64,000 nucleotides of DNA from Azolla caroliniana (Eukaryota > Plantae > Polypodiophyta): contig JBHGNT010000010.1 of assembly GCA_043228905.1 (NCBI GenBank), forward strand, positions 19,654,001 to 19,718,000. The letters run 5' to 3'. Positions 39,546 through 51,897 of the stretch are shown here, piece by piece. The stretch's first letter is position 1; every line of letters begins with the position of its first letter. The translations under genes and the position numbers were made by a program. The notes under the pieces are model-generated. The model saw only the letters and a program-made list of their open reading frames with translations, had not been told where the DNA came from and did not search any database.

Positions 39546-42500
39546 TCATTCCTCGCCCGTCGGTTCTTCTTCATTTTCGGATCGTTCGTCACTGCCGACC
39601 AGGAGAGCCGGGTCTGGCTCGTCGTCGTGTCGCTTCTTGAACGCTTTGATCCGCTTCCCTGCAACCGGTATCGCCATTCTCGTGCCGTCAAGTTCCGCCA
39701 GGTGATATGTCCCGTTGTCATTGGCGCTCCGTACCACGTAAGGCCCGAACCACCTTCGTGCGAACTTCCGTGTAGCTCGGTGCTGGTTGTCGAGGCTGCT
39801 GTCGTAGACGAGCACCCAGTCACCTTCTTCGATTTTCTTCGGTCGTAGCCGGTGCGTTCGGTCGAACCGGGCTTTGTTCTTTGTCCTCGCCACCCGGAGC
39901 TTCTCCGTAGCCAGTGCCACGTCCTCCGGCCTCCGCTCGAGCTGTCGTATACGTGCGACCAACAACTCCTCCCGGCTCATCTCGTCCCTCCAGTCGACCG
40001 TTGCCCACGAGGAGATCGTCCGTTCAATCGGCATGATCGGCGTCTGGCCGAACATGAGCTCCGTCGGCATGTACCCGGTTACCGAACTGTGCGTGGTCCG
40101 GTCTGCCCACAAAGCATAAGGTAGCAGCCGCGGCCAGTCACCGGCTCGGCCTCCGCATGCCCGAACCAACGCCTTGACGATCGGTCCGTGTCCGCGCTCC
40201 ACCTTTCCATTCGCCTCCGGATTGTACGCAGTGGTGAGCGAGAGCTGGACTCCCAGCCGGTCGAACAGCTCCGCGGCTTCTTCGGCGTCCAACTCCCCTC
40301 GGTCAGCCACGATCTTCCCGACGCACCCGTACCGGCATATCACGTCCTCGACTAGGAACCGACACACGGCCGCGGTCGTCTTGTTCTGAAGGGCTCGGCC
40401 TTCCACCTGGTTCGTCAGGTCTTCCCGCGCTAGGACCAGATACCGCATCTGTCCTACCCCCATCGGCATCGTCACCAGATCTACCATCCATTTGAAGTGG
40501 ATAGTCGGAGGGTACGTAGGGTGAAGCCCGTCCCGGTGTCGGACTATCGAGTGCATCTGACAACTCTCGCAAGTTGACACGAACCGATGCACGTCCCGGT
40601 ACAATCCCGGCCACCAGTACTTTCCCTTCAGCTTCTCAAACGTCGCCCACGTTCCACGGTGTCCAGCCCAAGGGCTGTCGTGGTAGGCCGCCAGTAGCTC
40701 CTCCTATTCTTCCTTCATCGCCACCACTCGGAGCGGGACGCCGTCCCTCTTCTTCGGGTGCTTCCATAGATGCCCATCTCGGAGAAAGAATCGATATGCT
40801 TTCTTCCGGATCCGGTTGGCCTCGTCCTTCGTCCATGACGCATCGGGCGTCATCGTCTTCAAAAACCCGCCGATCTGCAGCCATTCCCCGTCGTACTTGC
40901 TCGCGTCGAACTCGTTAAGCGCCGGAGTGCTCATCCCGTCGGTCGTTATGTATGCCGCCTCGAAGAAATCCACGCCGACTTCTTCGTCTTCCGAAACCAT
41001 GCCGCCCTCGTCGTCGAACCTCGCCCTCGAAAGCATGTCGGCCATGGCGTTGTCTTTCCCGGAAATGTGTCGTATTTCCGGGTCCAGGGACTTGATGTAC
41101 GGTATCCACCTGAGCATCGCCAGGTCCGGAGTCGCGCATCCGGAAACCATACCGAGAATCGGCAGGCAATCCGTCTCGATGATCACTTCCGTCCCTATCA
41201 GGTAGTCTTTGTCGGCCTTAACCGCCGAAACAATACCCCAGAGTTCGCGTTTAACCTGGGCGTACCCTCGCTGCCGTTCACTGAGGACTTTCGCGCCGAA
41301 TCGGATCGGAAACCGATTGCCGTCCTCGTCTTCCTGGTTCACGACCCATCCGATCCCGGTCGGACTGGTATCCACCGTTATGAATACCGGGGTACCCTTC
41401 CCGTAAACCGCCTTCCGGAGTGCCGGTGCCGCTGCAAGGGCCTCTTTCAGCTTCCGGACCGATTCCGCGTGCTTGTCTAGCCATTCGAACCTTCGCCCCT
41501 TTTTCAGCAACCCGTACAGTGGCTCCGCGACGTGTGCGTAATGCGGGATCCATATGTGGTAGAACGCGCATGCCCCCAGGAATCTCCGTACTTCCGTGAC
41601 CGAGCTGCAGTCGGGCTTCATCGCGGAGATGGCTTCTACCTTCGCCGGAGACGGTTTCCGGCCATATGGTCCGCACAGGTGTCCGACCACCATGATTTCT
41701 GACTGCCCGAAGGCCGACTTCTCCCCGGAGAAGGTGAGTCTCGCATCCTCTAGCCTTTGCAGCACCTTCTCGCAATCGTCGACGTGCGTCGCCACGAATT
41801 GCCGGCATCCGTCCGGCCCGATCGTCTCGTCCTTTTCTTCCACCGGGCCTCCCTTGATCGGGATGTCGTCCAGAAACGGCATGGTAATGTCCGGGACACA
41901 GTCCCTCAGAACCTTGTTCATCGCATTCACCATGTGGGCCACCGAGTTGGTCCCTCCTTGCGGCAGTGTACACATCCGAACTAGGCCGAGGGGAGTTCGC
42001 ATCGTCGTAAGGTCTCTGCTCTCCACGGCCAGCTGGAACTGGTCGTACCCTGAGTATAGATCCCCGACCGAGTAAATTGACCTTCCGGCGAAGGCCTCCG
42101 CGAACTCGTCTATGGTCGGTCCGATTCCTGCGTTCCGAATGGTCACTCGATTGACCGGCTGCAGGTCCTGGATGAAGCGCAGCGAACCGTTTTTCTTCGG
42201 TACGGTAAACCATCGATTCGAATATGGGGCGCTCGACGGCTCGAGAATTCCCATATCAACTTTCTGCCTCAGCAGCTCCATCAACTTCGGGATGTGAGCT
42301 CTCGGAACCGGGATTGGCTTGAGATTCCATGGTACATGCGGTACCGTGAATATCACCATCGGCTCCACGATCGTCGGGTCAACGCACCCGATTTCCTCCG
42401 GCGAGAATGCGAAGGCTTTCCCGTGCCTTCCGAGCATCCTCCGAAACCGGTCTTCCTCCGCCGGCAGTAGGAACCCGCCCCCACCGATTTTGAGCTCTCG

Positions 42501-43043
42501 GAGCGTCTCGTCAGTGAAGGTGTGCCCTATGCAGGCCGGATCTCGTAGACTAGGGTCTGATGCAACCCCTTTGATTCTCGACGCGCTGTCCTCCGGTAAG
42601 GGTGCCGCTACTGGCCTTACCTTCCGGTCCACAGTCTTGTACTTGGTGTTTACGTGGGCCGTCCGAACTGACTCAAGCCCTCGACCGAAGTCCGCGATGA
42701 CTTCGTACATCTCCTCGGAACACACCGGTATCGTCCGGTCGTCGTTAAGGCCTTCTTCGACTACCTTTCCCAGCATTCCCAAGGTGTCGTCGAATGAGAC
42801 CGCCTCCACGGCTCCGTTGATTTCCTCGTCCGGGCCGAGAACTCCGCACGCTCGAAGTCTCGCCTCCGTCTTTGTTTTCTCTCGGCCGGCGATGCCGACC
42901 ATCGCACACGCTCCGTTGTCGGAGAACAAAAATTCCCTACCTATGGTACAAGGTTTCTTCGGTTTTATCGTACAGGTGTGGGGTTTTCCCGGGGTGTCCG
43001 GACTGTCGCGGCCCCACGCCTTGGCAGCCCTCTCTAAAAATCC
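39546..43043 (-). CDS. pol: element E Pol (RT-RNase H-integrase) in the -1 frame; one in-frame TAG at 40704-40706
   Basis: RT LPQGGTNS/MPFLDD, RH VDTSPTG...KRELWG...ADMLSR, INT WMVDL/VADRGE/NGKVERGH and GPY; ORFs 42929-40704 and 40604-39546 share a frame. Confidence 0.88.
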
Positions 43044-45160
43044 TCTCGGTTATCGGAACCGAGGGAGTCGCGGTTACGCTCGTGGTTCGGCCTAACCGTC
43101 AAAAACTGGACCGAATGGCGGCCGTCCTGGCTCTTGACCCGCGCATAGGCCGAACCATTGTCCAGCACCTTGGTCTCCATTCGCGCCGCCGTGATGTACG
43201 GCTCTCCCAGTATGACCGGATGCGAAGACGTCTCCTGCACGAAGAAGTGCTGGTCAATCTCGACGTCGCCGATCTTGACTCGCACATTCGGACAGGCCCC
43301 GTGCAGTTCCTCGGTGGCGCGCGTTGCTGCCCTTATTTTCCACCCGTGCTTGGTGTTGATCGGCCATTTGCCCTTCTTATAGAAGTCCATGGACATCAAA
43401 TTGATCTCCGATCCGTGGTCCACCAAAGCTATCACCGGTTCCTGGACATCGCCGATCTTCACCGGGGTTTCCGTGGTCGCTCGGGCCCAGTGCGGTCTCG
43501 AATAGTGGCTTTCCGCCCACTCGTCTCCCAGCGCCATGTCGTCTAGGTGCGTCGTCCGCACTTCCACCGGTCTTTCCGGTTCTGTCTCCGTTGACAGCCT
43601 CTTCCGTTTCACCAAGTCCACGATGGAGTCGTGGAACTCCTTCTTGGCGATTCCAAGCACCTCCCGTAGCGACAGCTCCACCTTGCTGTCGAGGATCCGT
43701 TCCTCCAGGACCTTTCGTAAGTCCGTGGTTCTTTCTATCTCCGTCCCCAGACGGTACCCGCCCTTCTGGGGTTTATCTTGCGTACCGGCCCTGCCGGCTT
43801 CGTCCCGTCGTGGCCCGGACCGGGTCTCGTATCGTTGTGAGGGCCCGGTCGTCCCGGGTTTTCCCACCCGCTTCTCTTCTACCAGAGCCTCGTAGTTTCG
43901 GCAAGCGGCTTCCACGAAGCCCGTCCTTTCCTCGACCGGGTCGCTCCACCCGGTCATCTCCCGTACCCGTTTCTCCGCACGGTCCGATTCCTCCCTTTTA
44001 AGCCCTGCACCGGCAAGGCCTTCCAGCATCGTCGGCCAGAATCCGGCTTTGCTTTCCTTTCGGGCCTCGCCGCCCCCGACTCGGATGCCGGCCGACGCCG
44101 AGTAGTGGACGGTTTCCGCGTGTCGGGCCGCCGCCTCTTCCATCAACCTTTTCATACCACCCTTTCCGTCGTTTCGGCTCAGGGCCCTTCGGGTGTCGCT
44201 GGCATGCACCCGTCCTTCCCACAGGTACACCACCCGGTCCCTCAGCGCCTCCGCGAAGTCGCCGCAGTCCTTCCGAACGTGGCCGACTTCATCGCACCAC
44301 ATGCACCTGTTTCCTGCCGCCGGCCGTCGGTCACGAGCCGGTTCGCCTCCTTCCCTTCGGGCCTGCGCGATTTGGAGGTCCTTTATCGCCTTCGTCAATT
44401 CCTCCAGCGCCGCTCCTCCGGTTGAGCCTCTGACTACGCCGGTCGAAGCCGAACCGGTTTCCAACCACTCCCGGGTCTCTTCCTTGCGCACCTGTGGCGC
44501 TGGTTCGAGCTTCCTTGCTGCGACCGAGCCCGACCCAGTCGCCCCGTTATCCGCCCATTCTCGCCGTTTGTCGAAACGGCCACAGACCTTCCTGACAGCC
44601 GCCCAGTCGGTAGTGAGCCCGTCTTCGGTTTCCAGCAAGAGGCCCACTTGCTCCCGATCCCGCTCGTCGACCGACTTGACAAACAGCAAGACCCGGCTCG
44701 TGTCCAGGATGGTTCGGTCGAGCGCCGAAAGGCGCGCAAAGTTTTCCTCGAACTCCCGGAGGAGTGCCGACGCGTTTCTTCCCTTCCCCGGGGACTCCAC
44801 CCATTCCATGAACCTTCGCTTCGAAAGCCGGAGCGCGTCGTCCAGCCCGTATTTCTCTAGGAGCCGACCTTCGAACTCCTCCCAGGTACGGCTCTCCGCC
44901 CGCACCTCGAGCACCTCCGCATGGATGCTCGGCATTGCCACTCGGGGAAAACCGGCAAGACGCCTTTCTTCCGGAATGTCCCGCATCAACATTTCTGCAC
45001 CGTAGGACGCCAGATACTTCGTGGCATCCCTCCCATCGAACCGGCCGATCGTGCCGACGACCGCCTCAATAGCTCTGTCGAGGGCACCGGTACCCTCGCG
45101 CGCGTTTACGATCCGATCCACGGCCGAAGCCATGGCCTCTGCGAGATCCGACCCCCTCAT
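43034..45160 (-). CDS. gag: element E Gag-protease polyprotein
   Basis: Open frame from ATG (MRGSDLAE); knuckle CMWCDEVGHVRKDC; protease ALVDHGSEINLM...VILGEPY; stop TAG at 43034-43036. Confidence 0.9.
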   Translation of the reverse strand: MRGSDLAEAMASAVDRIVNAREGTGALDRAIEAVVGTIGRFDGRDATKYLASYGAEMLMRDIPEERRLAGFPRVAMPSIHAEVLEVRAESRTWEEFEGRLLEKYGLDDALRLSKRRFMEWVESPGKGRNASALLREFEENFARLSALDRTILDTSRVLLFVKSVDERDREQVGLLLETEDGLTTDWAAVRKVCGRFDKRREWADNGATGSGSVAARKLEPAPQVRKEETREWLETGSASTGVVRGSTGGAALEELTKAIKDLQIAQARREGGEPARDRRPAAGNRCMWCDEVGHVRKDCGDFAEALRDRVVYLWEGRVHASDTRRALSRNDGKGGMKRLMEEAAARHAETVHYSASAGIRVGGGEARKESKAGFWPTMLEGLAGAGLKREESDRAEKRVREMTGWSDPVEERTGFVEAACRNYEALVEEKRVGKPGTTGPSQRYETRSGPRRDEAGRAGTQDKPQKGGYRLGTEIERTTDLRKVLEERILDSKVELSLREVLGIAKKEFHDSIVDLVKRKRLSTETEPERPVEVRTTHLDDMALGDEWAESHYSRPHWARATTETPVKIGDVQEPVIALVDHGSEINLMSMDFYKKGKWPINTKHGWKIRAATRATEELHGACPNVRVKIGDVEIDQHFFVQETSSHPVILGEPYITAARMETKVLDNGSAYARVKSQDGRHSVQFLTVRPNHERNRDSLGSDNREDF

Positions 45161-45182
45161 CTTCTGCTCTTCTGCCGCCTCT

Positions 45183-45200
45183 TTCACGTCGGGTTCACCA
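45183..45200 (-). promoter_or_regulatory. primer-binding site of element E, tRNA-Trp type
   Basis: Plus strand reads TTCACGTCGGGTTCACCA, the 3' 18 nt of plant cytosolic tRNA-Trp as recalled; 4 nt from the 5' LTR. Confidence 0.85.
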
Positions 45201-48200
45201 AAGATGTCGAGATATTACGCAAGTGCGTGCGGAATAGAGGCGGGACCGCGGGGGTCTCGAACCAAAGAGCAAGCGAGGGAGGAGAAAGAGAGAGAACCGG
45301 CTACGCAGGACCGGGGATACACAGGGACACGGCCCTTCAGCACGGAGAACGCGAACAGACACCGACACAGACGGATGCGAATGACTAAATATGTGTATTA
45401 ACAAAATGGCTAACACGACTACAACCCCCGATGGGGCACAGGTTGGTTGCAACCGAACAGGCCGGCGAACAGATGCCGATGCCTGTTCGCTTTGACGCAC
45501 AAACGGGGAAATGGGGGGGGGGGTAGCAGGTCGGAGGTGCTGCCGGAAGCACTCGGGCGTTCCTCGAAACAGCGCGAGCCTCCCCGGAACCCTGCACAGA
45601 AAGCTTTGGAGCTCAAGAAGGAAGGAAACGGAGAGAGCGAAGCGTCCAGAAACGGTCCGACAGCACTTCGTCCTCTCCGCGCCCGATCCCCGCAACAGCT
45701 CTTTCCCGCTCCTTATATAGGCCGACGAACAGGCCGTCGTGTCAGCTTTATTCCCTGTCCCTTTTGGACAGGGATCCGCTCCGTTTTTCACAGATCCGCG
45801 TAGTTACGCCGCCGACTCGTACAGTTCGCGCGCGCGACCGAAAAGACTGTTCGCGCGGTCTTTGTCTCCACTTGAGTTAGGGCCCGTTCCTGCCGATTAT
45901 CCTCTCAATTCGTTTCTATGTACAACTCGGAGCGTGCGCGCGTGAAGAACCGGTTCCCACGCCTTGGTGCGCCGATTCCGCCTATGGACGGTTTTCTTCA
46001 CGACAGCGTATGCCCTTATTCCGAAAGATGATCGCCGAAAACTTGCACCTCGGTCCAGGAAATGCATTTTCCTTGGATATGGATCCGACGGCGAAATGGG
46101 ATACCGACTCTGGGATCCCGAACGCAGACAAATCGTCCGAAGTTCGGACGTTGTGTTCAACGAGTCGGCTATGAATCCATCAGTCGAAAAACCGATCGAA
46201 GTCCGAAGGGTAACATTTTCCGATGTGCCGACCCTTCAAGAAGGCCCCGCTCTTAACACACGGTCAGCTTCACGGGTAGCTGAACCTTACACTACCGATT
46301 CGGACAACTCTGACTCGGCACAGCAGCTTTCGGACCATCCGACCTCGATACCCGATGCGACCAGTCCAATCATACCTCGACGATCCGAGAGACTGTCGCA
46401 ACCTCCGGAGAGGTATTCTCCTGGAATTTTCTTCACCGACGCCGGCGAACCGACGTCTTACGAAGAAGCATCGACATCTGTCGATTCAGCCACCTGGCAT
46501 CTGGCGATGGAGTCGGAAATGCACTCCATTCGGGCAAACAAGACTTGGGATCTGGTCGAATTACCTAGGAACCGACGTGCTCTTCCTTGCAAGTGGGTTT
46601 ATCGACTAAAAGAGACGTCTGATTCGACCACCCCAAAGTACAAGGCCAGATTAGTTGCGAAGGGCTTCCGACAAGAATATGGCGTCGACTTCGACGAGAT
46701 TTTTTCACCAGTGGTGAAAATGACAACCCTTCGTTTTCTACTCGGCGTAGTGGCAGCCGACAACTTGGAGCTGATTCAGCTAGATGTCAAAACAGCCTTC
46801 CTCCATGGTGATCTTGAAGAGGAAATTTATATGGAGCAGCCAAAAGGCTTCGTGGCACCTGGCCAAGAACATCTAGTCTGCCGACTCAGGAAGAGTCTAT
46901 ACGGCCTCAAACAGGCACCGCGACAATGGTACAAGAAGTTCGACGACTTCATCCAATCGATCGGCTTCTCAAAAAGCGATGAGGACCATTGTCTTTTTAC
47001 CAACACAGCTCAAGATGGATCACCCATCTTCCTCATCATTTACGTGGACGACATGCTAATTTCTGGACGCCACGCGGGCGAACTTGCCGATCTCATTCGG
47101 CAACTGCGGTTGAAGTTTGCCATGAAGGACCTCGGTCCGGCACGACACATACTTGGCATGAAGATTAGTCGGCATCGCGATCAACGACATCTTTTTTTGT
47201 CTCAGACCGACTATATCGGACGTGTCTTGGAACGCTTCAACATGCAATCAGCCAAATCTGCTTCAACCCCGCTCCCCATGAATCTTCGGCTCTCTCAGCG
47301 AGACTGCCCGACATCCGGTCCGGAGGGGGAAGATATGAAGTCGGTACCGTATGCACCGGCAGTCGGCTCCCTTATGTACCTGATGGTCGCGACACGACCT
47401 GATATTTCTCACGCCGTAGGAGTCGTTAGCAGATTTATGCACAATCCCGGCCGATCGCATTGGAACGCAGTCAAGCATGTGTTCAGATATCTGGCTGGCA
47501 CAAAAGACCACGGCATTCTTTTCGGCCCGAACCGAACCTCAGGCGTAGTCGGTTACACCGACTCGGACTTCGCCGGCTGTATAGACAGTCGGAAATCAAC
47601 AACCGGATACTGCTTCAAATTCGGCAATGGAGCAATCTCGTGGAAGTCGAAACTTCAGGAGTGCACAGCGACCTCAACGACCGAAGCAGAATATGTAGCT
47701 GCGTCCGACGCAGCAAAAGAAGCCTTGTGGCTCGGTCGGCTGGCGCACACGTTTCGACAAGTCGACCATGACTCGGCCCCAGTTGTCTATAGCGACAGTC
47801 AAGGTGCTGTTGCCTTGTCGAGAAATCCGGTTCACCACAACGCCTCCAAACATATCGACGTTCGATATCACTTCGTTCGGGACTGCGTCATTTCAGGGAA
47901 AATCGGTCTAGAGAAAATATCCACAACCGACAATGTCGCAGATGGAATGACCAAGTGTCTTTCGGCAGACCGCTTTCGGTTTCTTCGGCATCAGATGGGC
48001 GTAACGACAAACCAGTCCGGTTAGAGCCGGACACAGAGCAGGATGGTTCCCGACAACCGAAATCAGTTCCTTAATGATCAGCTTCAACTGTTCCGACCCG
48101 ACCAGTTCGGTCTTCTGCCTTCGGACCCTGCCGACTCGAACAAAGCTGATATGTCCGAGAACCTAAGTCTATACCTGTAATCTTAGATAACCCATGTATA

Positions 48201-48585
48201 CGCCCATTACGGGGGAGTGTCGAATACAAGTGTATAATGGACGTATTCACACTATCCCTTTGGGCCATTTGTGTAATTAGCATAAATGGTAGTTGCCCTA
48301 AGTCGGTCACTATATATAGTGACCTTGTAACCTTTTTGTAAGGTTGGGTGTTGTATTATTGCTTTGTGGAATAAAGAGTTCTCTTGTGCCTCTCTCTCTC
48401 TCTCTCTCTCTCTCCATCTCTGTGCACGACCTCAGAAACGATCATACGCAGGTACTCAGAACAGAATCGAATGCTTCTTGATCTTCCGCATAGACGACTT
48501 TGATCTCCAACACCATCTTCTTAGTACTAATAGTACCTCCCTTCTCTAGTACTAATCCTCTCTCTGTTTAGTACTATTCCTGACA

Positions 48586-50293
48586 GGTTCATTGTTCTCC
48601 ATATGTGCAAAAACCCAACTGAATGAAGATAGATTTACTCCTGTTAGAGACATCCACACTAAACTGATACACCTCCAAACCATCCTTGCCATCAGGCATG
48701 AAATAAATCGATGCCTACTATGTTCCAATTCCATTGAACAAAAGAAACACAATCCTTTAGTAATGTTTCTTTTGTTTAATCAATCCCCTAATGGTAAAGC
48801 TCCAACCTATTACCGATTAGGAACACGGTCTACGGTCAATCCTTCGACCTAGACCTCAAAGTGATTGTGTTGCAACGAATGGTACCATCGTAGCGTAATA
48901 CTTAGTGGGATACCTCCCGTATCCTAGTAGTGTATAAGAGAGACGGCTACAACCGAACTCTTTAGACAGTGGACTAGCAACCACACTGTTACGCACGCCT
49001 ACGCTCTTACGACTGCGCTATGCCACCAAGAATCACAGACACACAGTAGATTAACCACAGATACGCACATGGATCAAAGAAGATAGAACTCTATTAAGAT
49101 ACGCCTTTTACATTCCAAAATTACATGCTACCTCTATCAGAGGATTTCTGCCCTTTATATACATAGGGTCTTTTTAGCTATTCACGCTTACCGCGTGAAC
49201 CGTTAACATGCGTTACAATTTTACTATATTATATTCCTGCGCTCCTGTCCGTCGGTTACTATTCCGGCGGAGAACACAACCATAACTCTCCAAATAAATA
49301 CCTTGGCTCATAGCATCAATCGAGAACACCAACTTGCCTTGATCACATGAAACCACCAAGTAATGGGCTTATGAAAACCCCATATCTTTATAACCCTTTC
49401 TTCCAACCACTTATGTTTGTCAATCAACTTGTGATAAGCAACATTCATTGAGATCATAGTCAATTTCTTATTTCCAACAAACCTTCAATCAAGCTCTTGA
49501 GATCGCCCATCTAAATTTGGAATTGGCTCATGCGAAGATAGTATTTGTTGCAACTTATCCCAAATAAAGTTATAACCTTTTGGAATACGAAATGTTGATC
49601 TTATTGTTCGAAAAGCCATTACTCTTGTTTGTGAAACCAACATAGCATCCTTAACTGTTACCAAACCCAATCTAGCCATCCGATTAAATTGAAGGTTAAG
49701 AATTTGTTTACCTTCCCACCTCAACAACCTTGATGTTGCCAAAACCTCTATTTGTAATGAATTGGCACATCCCATGTCTTGTGGGGGATGCCATTCCACA
49801 AAATCCAACATACTTTGCCAAGATGTCAACAAATGATTAACTATCATAGACCCTCTACATTTGACATCCCTGTCAGAATTAATTACATTCCACCAATTCG
49901 CTTCAACCTTCATGTTTCCAAGCTTTATTCCGTTCTTCTCTATAAAGTATGCCACCATTTCTGTCCAAGGTTGTACACCTTCAAACATGAATCGAATGAA
50001 AGTAAATCGATGAGCCACCATATGCTCATATAGATTCAATATTGATAACCAATCCACATTATCATAGGCTTTCTCGATATCCAATTGTAACAACACTAAT
50101 TCTTGTTTAGCCTCCTTTGCATAGTTAATTGCCATTTGAACATTTAAAATATGATGTAAAATGTCTCTTTTTGCTAAAAACCCATATTGATCATTATGAA
50201 TAATAGAAGGTAAAACCTTATGCAACCTATTGGCCATCACTTTTGCAAAAATCTTGTACATTCCCCCCATCAATGAAATAGGCCTCCATTGTC
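48586..50293 (-). pseudogene. decayed LINE ORF2 (partial RT with internal deletion, zf-RVT)
   Basis: WRPISL-MGGMYKIFAKVMANRL...QYGFL...LDIEKAYDNVDW; KVFIWRVMVGALP; CFFCSMELEHSRHRFISC..ARMVW. Confidence 0.85.
48808..49276. mobile_element. solo LTR (unassigned family) in the LINE
   Basis: 5-bp TSD CAACC (48803-48807, 49277-49281); ends TATTACC...GGAGAACA (TG probably mutated to TA); removal restores WRVMVGALPLG. Confidence 0.7.
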
Positions 50294-50788
50294 TCTCTCT
50301 CTAACTCTCTCTCTATCATACACACACACACACACACAAAATCATACCCAATTCTCTTTCACTACACAGAATCATACCCAATTCTTTACATGTTTTAATA
50401 TGGTGCATTCAAAGTTTGTAATGGCCCAATAGTTTTGAAACATCTTGAATCAAGAAATGTTTGTTAAAAGTTTTAAATAATTTAGCACCATAGCGCATTG
50501 AAAGTTTACGATGAGCCAATAGTTTTGTGACATTTTGAATCATGAAGTGTTTATTAAAACATTTTAGCTAATTTGGCACAAGCTCCTAGGTTGCAAAGCA
50601 CAATGTGTACAATGTACTATCATTTTAACAATCAAATTGATACATAAGATATTTGAGAGGATCTTAAAAAGATTACTTTAAATATCTAACATTATTGACT
50701 ATTTGAATCCAGGCATTCATTTGTTTTTTACACACTCTTTATTACTTGCTCTAACTCACTGAATATGCATGCTTCGATGAGTTTTACG

Positions 50789-51326
50789 TAGCAATGAGCA
50801 CGGTTTCGGCTCAAACCGAACCGAACCATTAAGTCATGGTTTAACGGTTTATTGGTTCCAAAACTTTTAATGGTTTGGTTTGGTTTGGATTTTTGATAAA
50901 CAGTTCGGTTTGGTTCTAAAACTCAAGTTTATAAGTTTGGTTTAAAGTTTTATAGGTTTTTGGTTAACATTTTTTTTACCTTAATAGTTTATTTATTTAA
51001 TGGTTTTTTATTGATTTAATTCATTTAACTTAAATGTTTATTTTATTTAATGGTTCAATTAAAGTTTCTTTTATTGATTTAATAAATTTAACTTAAATGC
51101 TTATTTAATTTAATGTATTTTTGTTTATTTAGATGTTTAATTAGTTTGACTTAAGTGGTTAGGTTTAAATTATTTATTAAACGGTTCAGTTTGGTTTCAA
51201 CTTTTCCCTAAACGGTTTGGTTTAAATACTGAGAGTTCATAAATGGTTTGGTTTGGTTTTGTTTTAAATAAACGGTTCGGTTCAGTTTCTTTGCCTTGAA
51301 ACAGAACCAAATCGTGCCCATTGCTA
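50789..51326. mobile_element. hAT-type MITE
   Basis: TIR TAGCAATGRGCACGRTTT; perfect 8-bp TSD GTTTTACG; subterminal AACCG/CGGTT repeats. Confidence 0.9.
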
Positions 51327-51897
51327 GTTTTACGCATATTATCTCTATGAACACATATACAATTGTAACGAGTCTTTTTATTAAAGTTTCTTATTGATCT
51401 TATGAATTCAACTAACGCCACATTGTCATTTAGCATGTGGTCTTCCACTACATGATACATGTGTAGAAAACATGTGTGGTTGCCATATGATTACGTCCTC
51501 ATATCATATAGCTCATAACATGATGAGCAGTGTGCATAATGGGGTGAAAGCATGTGAATGGAAACACTATTATAACTAATATGTAGCTAAAATGACCACA
51601 ACTAAGTAGTTTTTTATAGCTAATTTTTAGTGGGAAAATCTTAAAGATACATATCATTTATTATGGGGATGGAAATATTACCATTTATGGTCCACATTTA
51701 AGCTAGTCTTTATTTGAGATTACATTTTAATAAATTATCACTAAAATTGCCAAAATATGCAAATTACATGCAGCTTGTTGCATAGCTAATTAGTTATGTC
51801 AAGGACACAACTAATTGTTCCCATTCCCAGCTTTCACCCAACACTCTTTGTGGAGGGAGAATTCCACTTCGTAGAAAAGAACCACATTAGATGCATT

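Larger units (their letters stand above)
38675..46005 (-). mobile_element. Gypsy LTR retrotransposon E (same lineage as A), near-intact, very recent
   Basis: LTRs 38675-39474 (800 bp) and 45205-46005 (801 bp); differences seen by eye are one G-run indel and one substitution; TSD GCGT; PBS 45183-45200; PPT at 39475-39486. Confidence 0.97.
36684..48024 (+). pseudogene. Copia D gag-pol, broken by a 1-bp insertion (~37268-37270) and by element E
   Basis: Gag, knuckle CNYCKKPGHIKADC, PR WLLDSGAS, INT, RT IYVDDML, RH; removing E restores FGCEAYALIP. Confidence 0.92.
35694..48512 (+). mobile_element. Copia LTR retrotransposon D, young, inserted in the 3' LTR of C
   Basis: LTRs 35694-35998 and 48218-48512 appear identical except (CT)n length; TSD CCATC; PBS TGGTATCAGAGC 36001-36012; PPT GGGGGAG. 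Confidence 0.97.
27715..48585 (+). mobile_element. chromoviral Gypsy element C (Tcn1-like), with nested insertions
   Basis: 5' LTR 27715-28153; 3' LTR 35314-35693 + 48518-48585 (split by D); TSD GGTTC; PPT AAAGGGGGGATAG; gag, RH, INT and C-terminal chromodomain. Confidence 0.95.

Noticed and set aside
40704-40706. Programmed stop readthrough between RH and INT of E
   Set aside because: A has a sense codon at the equivalent site and there is no readthrough context; likely a point mutation.
40174-45005. Long antisense or alternate-frame ORFs in element E (159-311 aa)
   Set aside because: Shadows of a GC-rich coding strand with few stops; no recognisable motifs.
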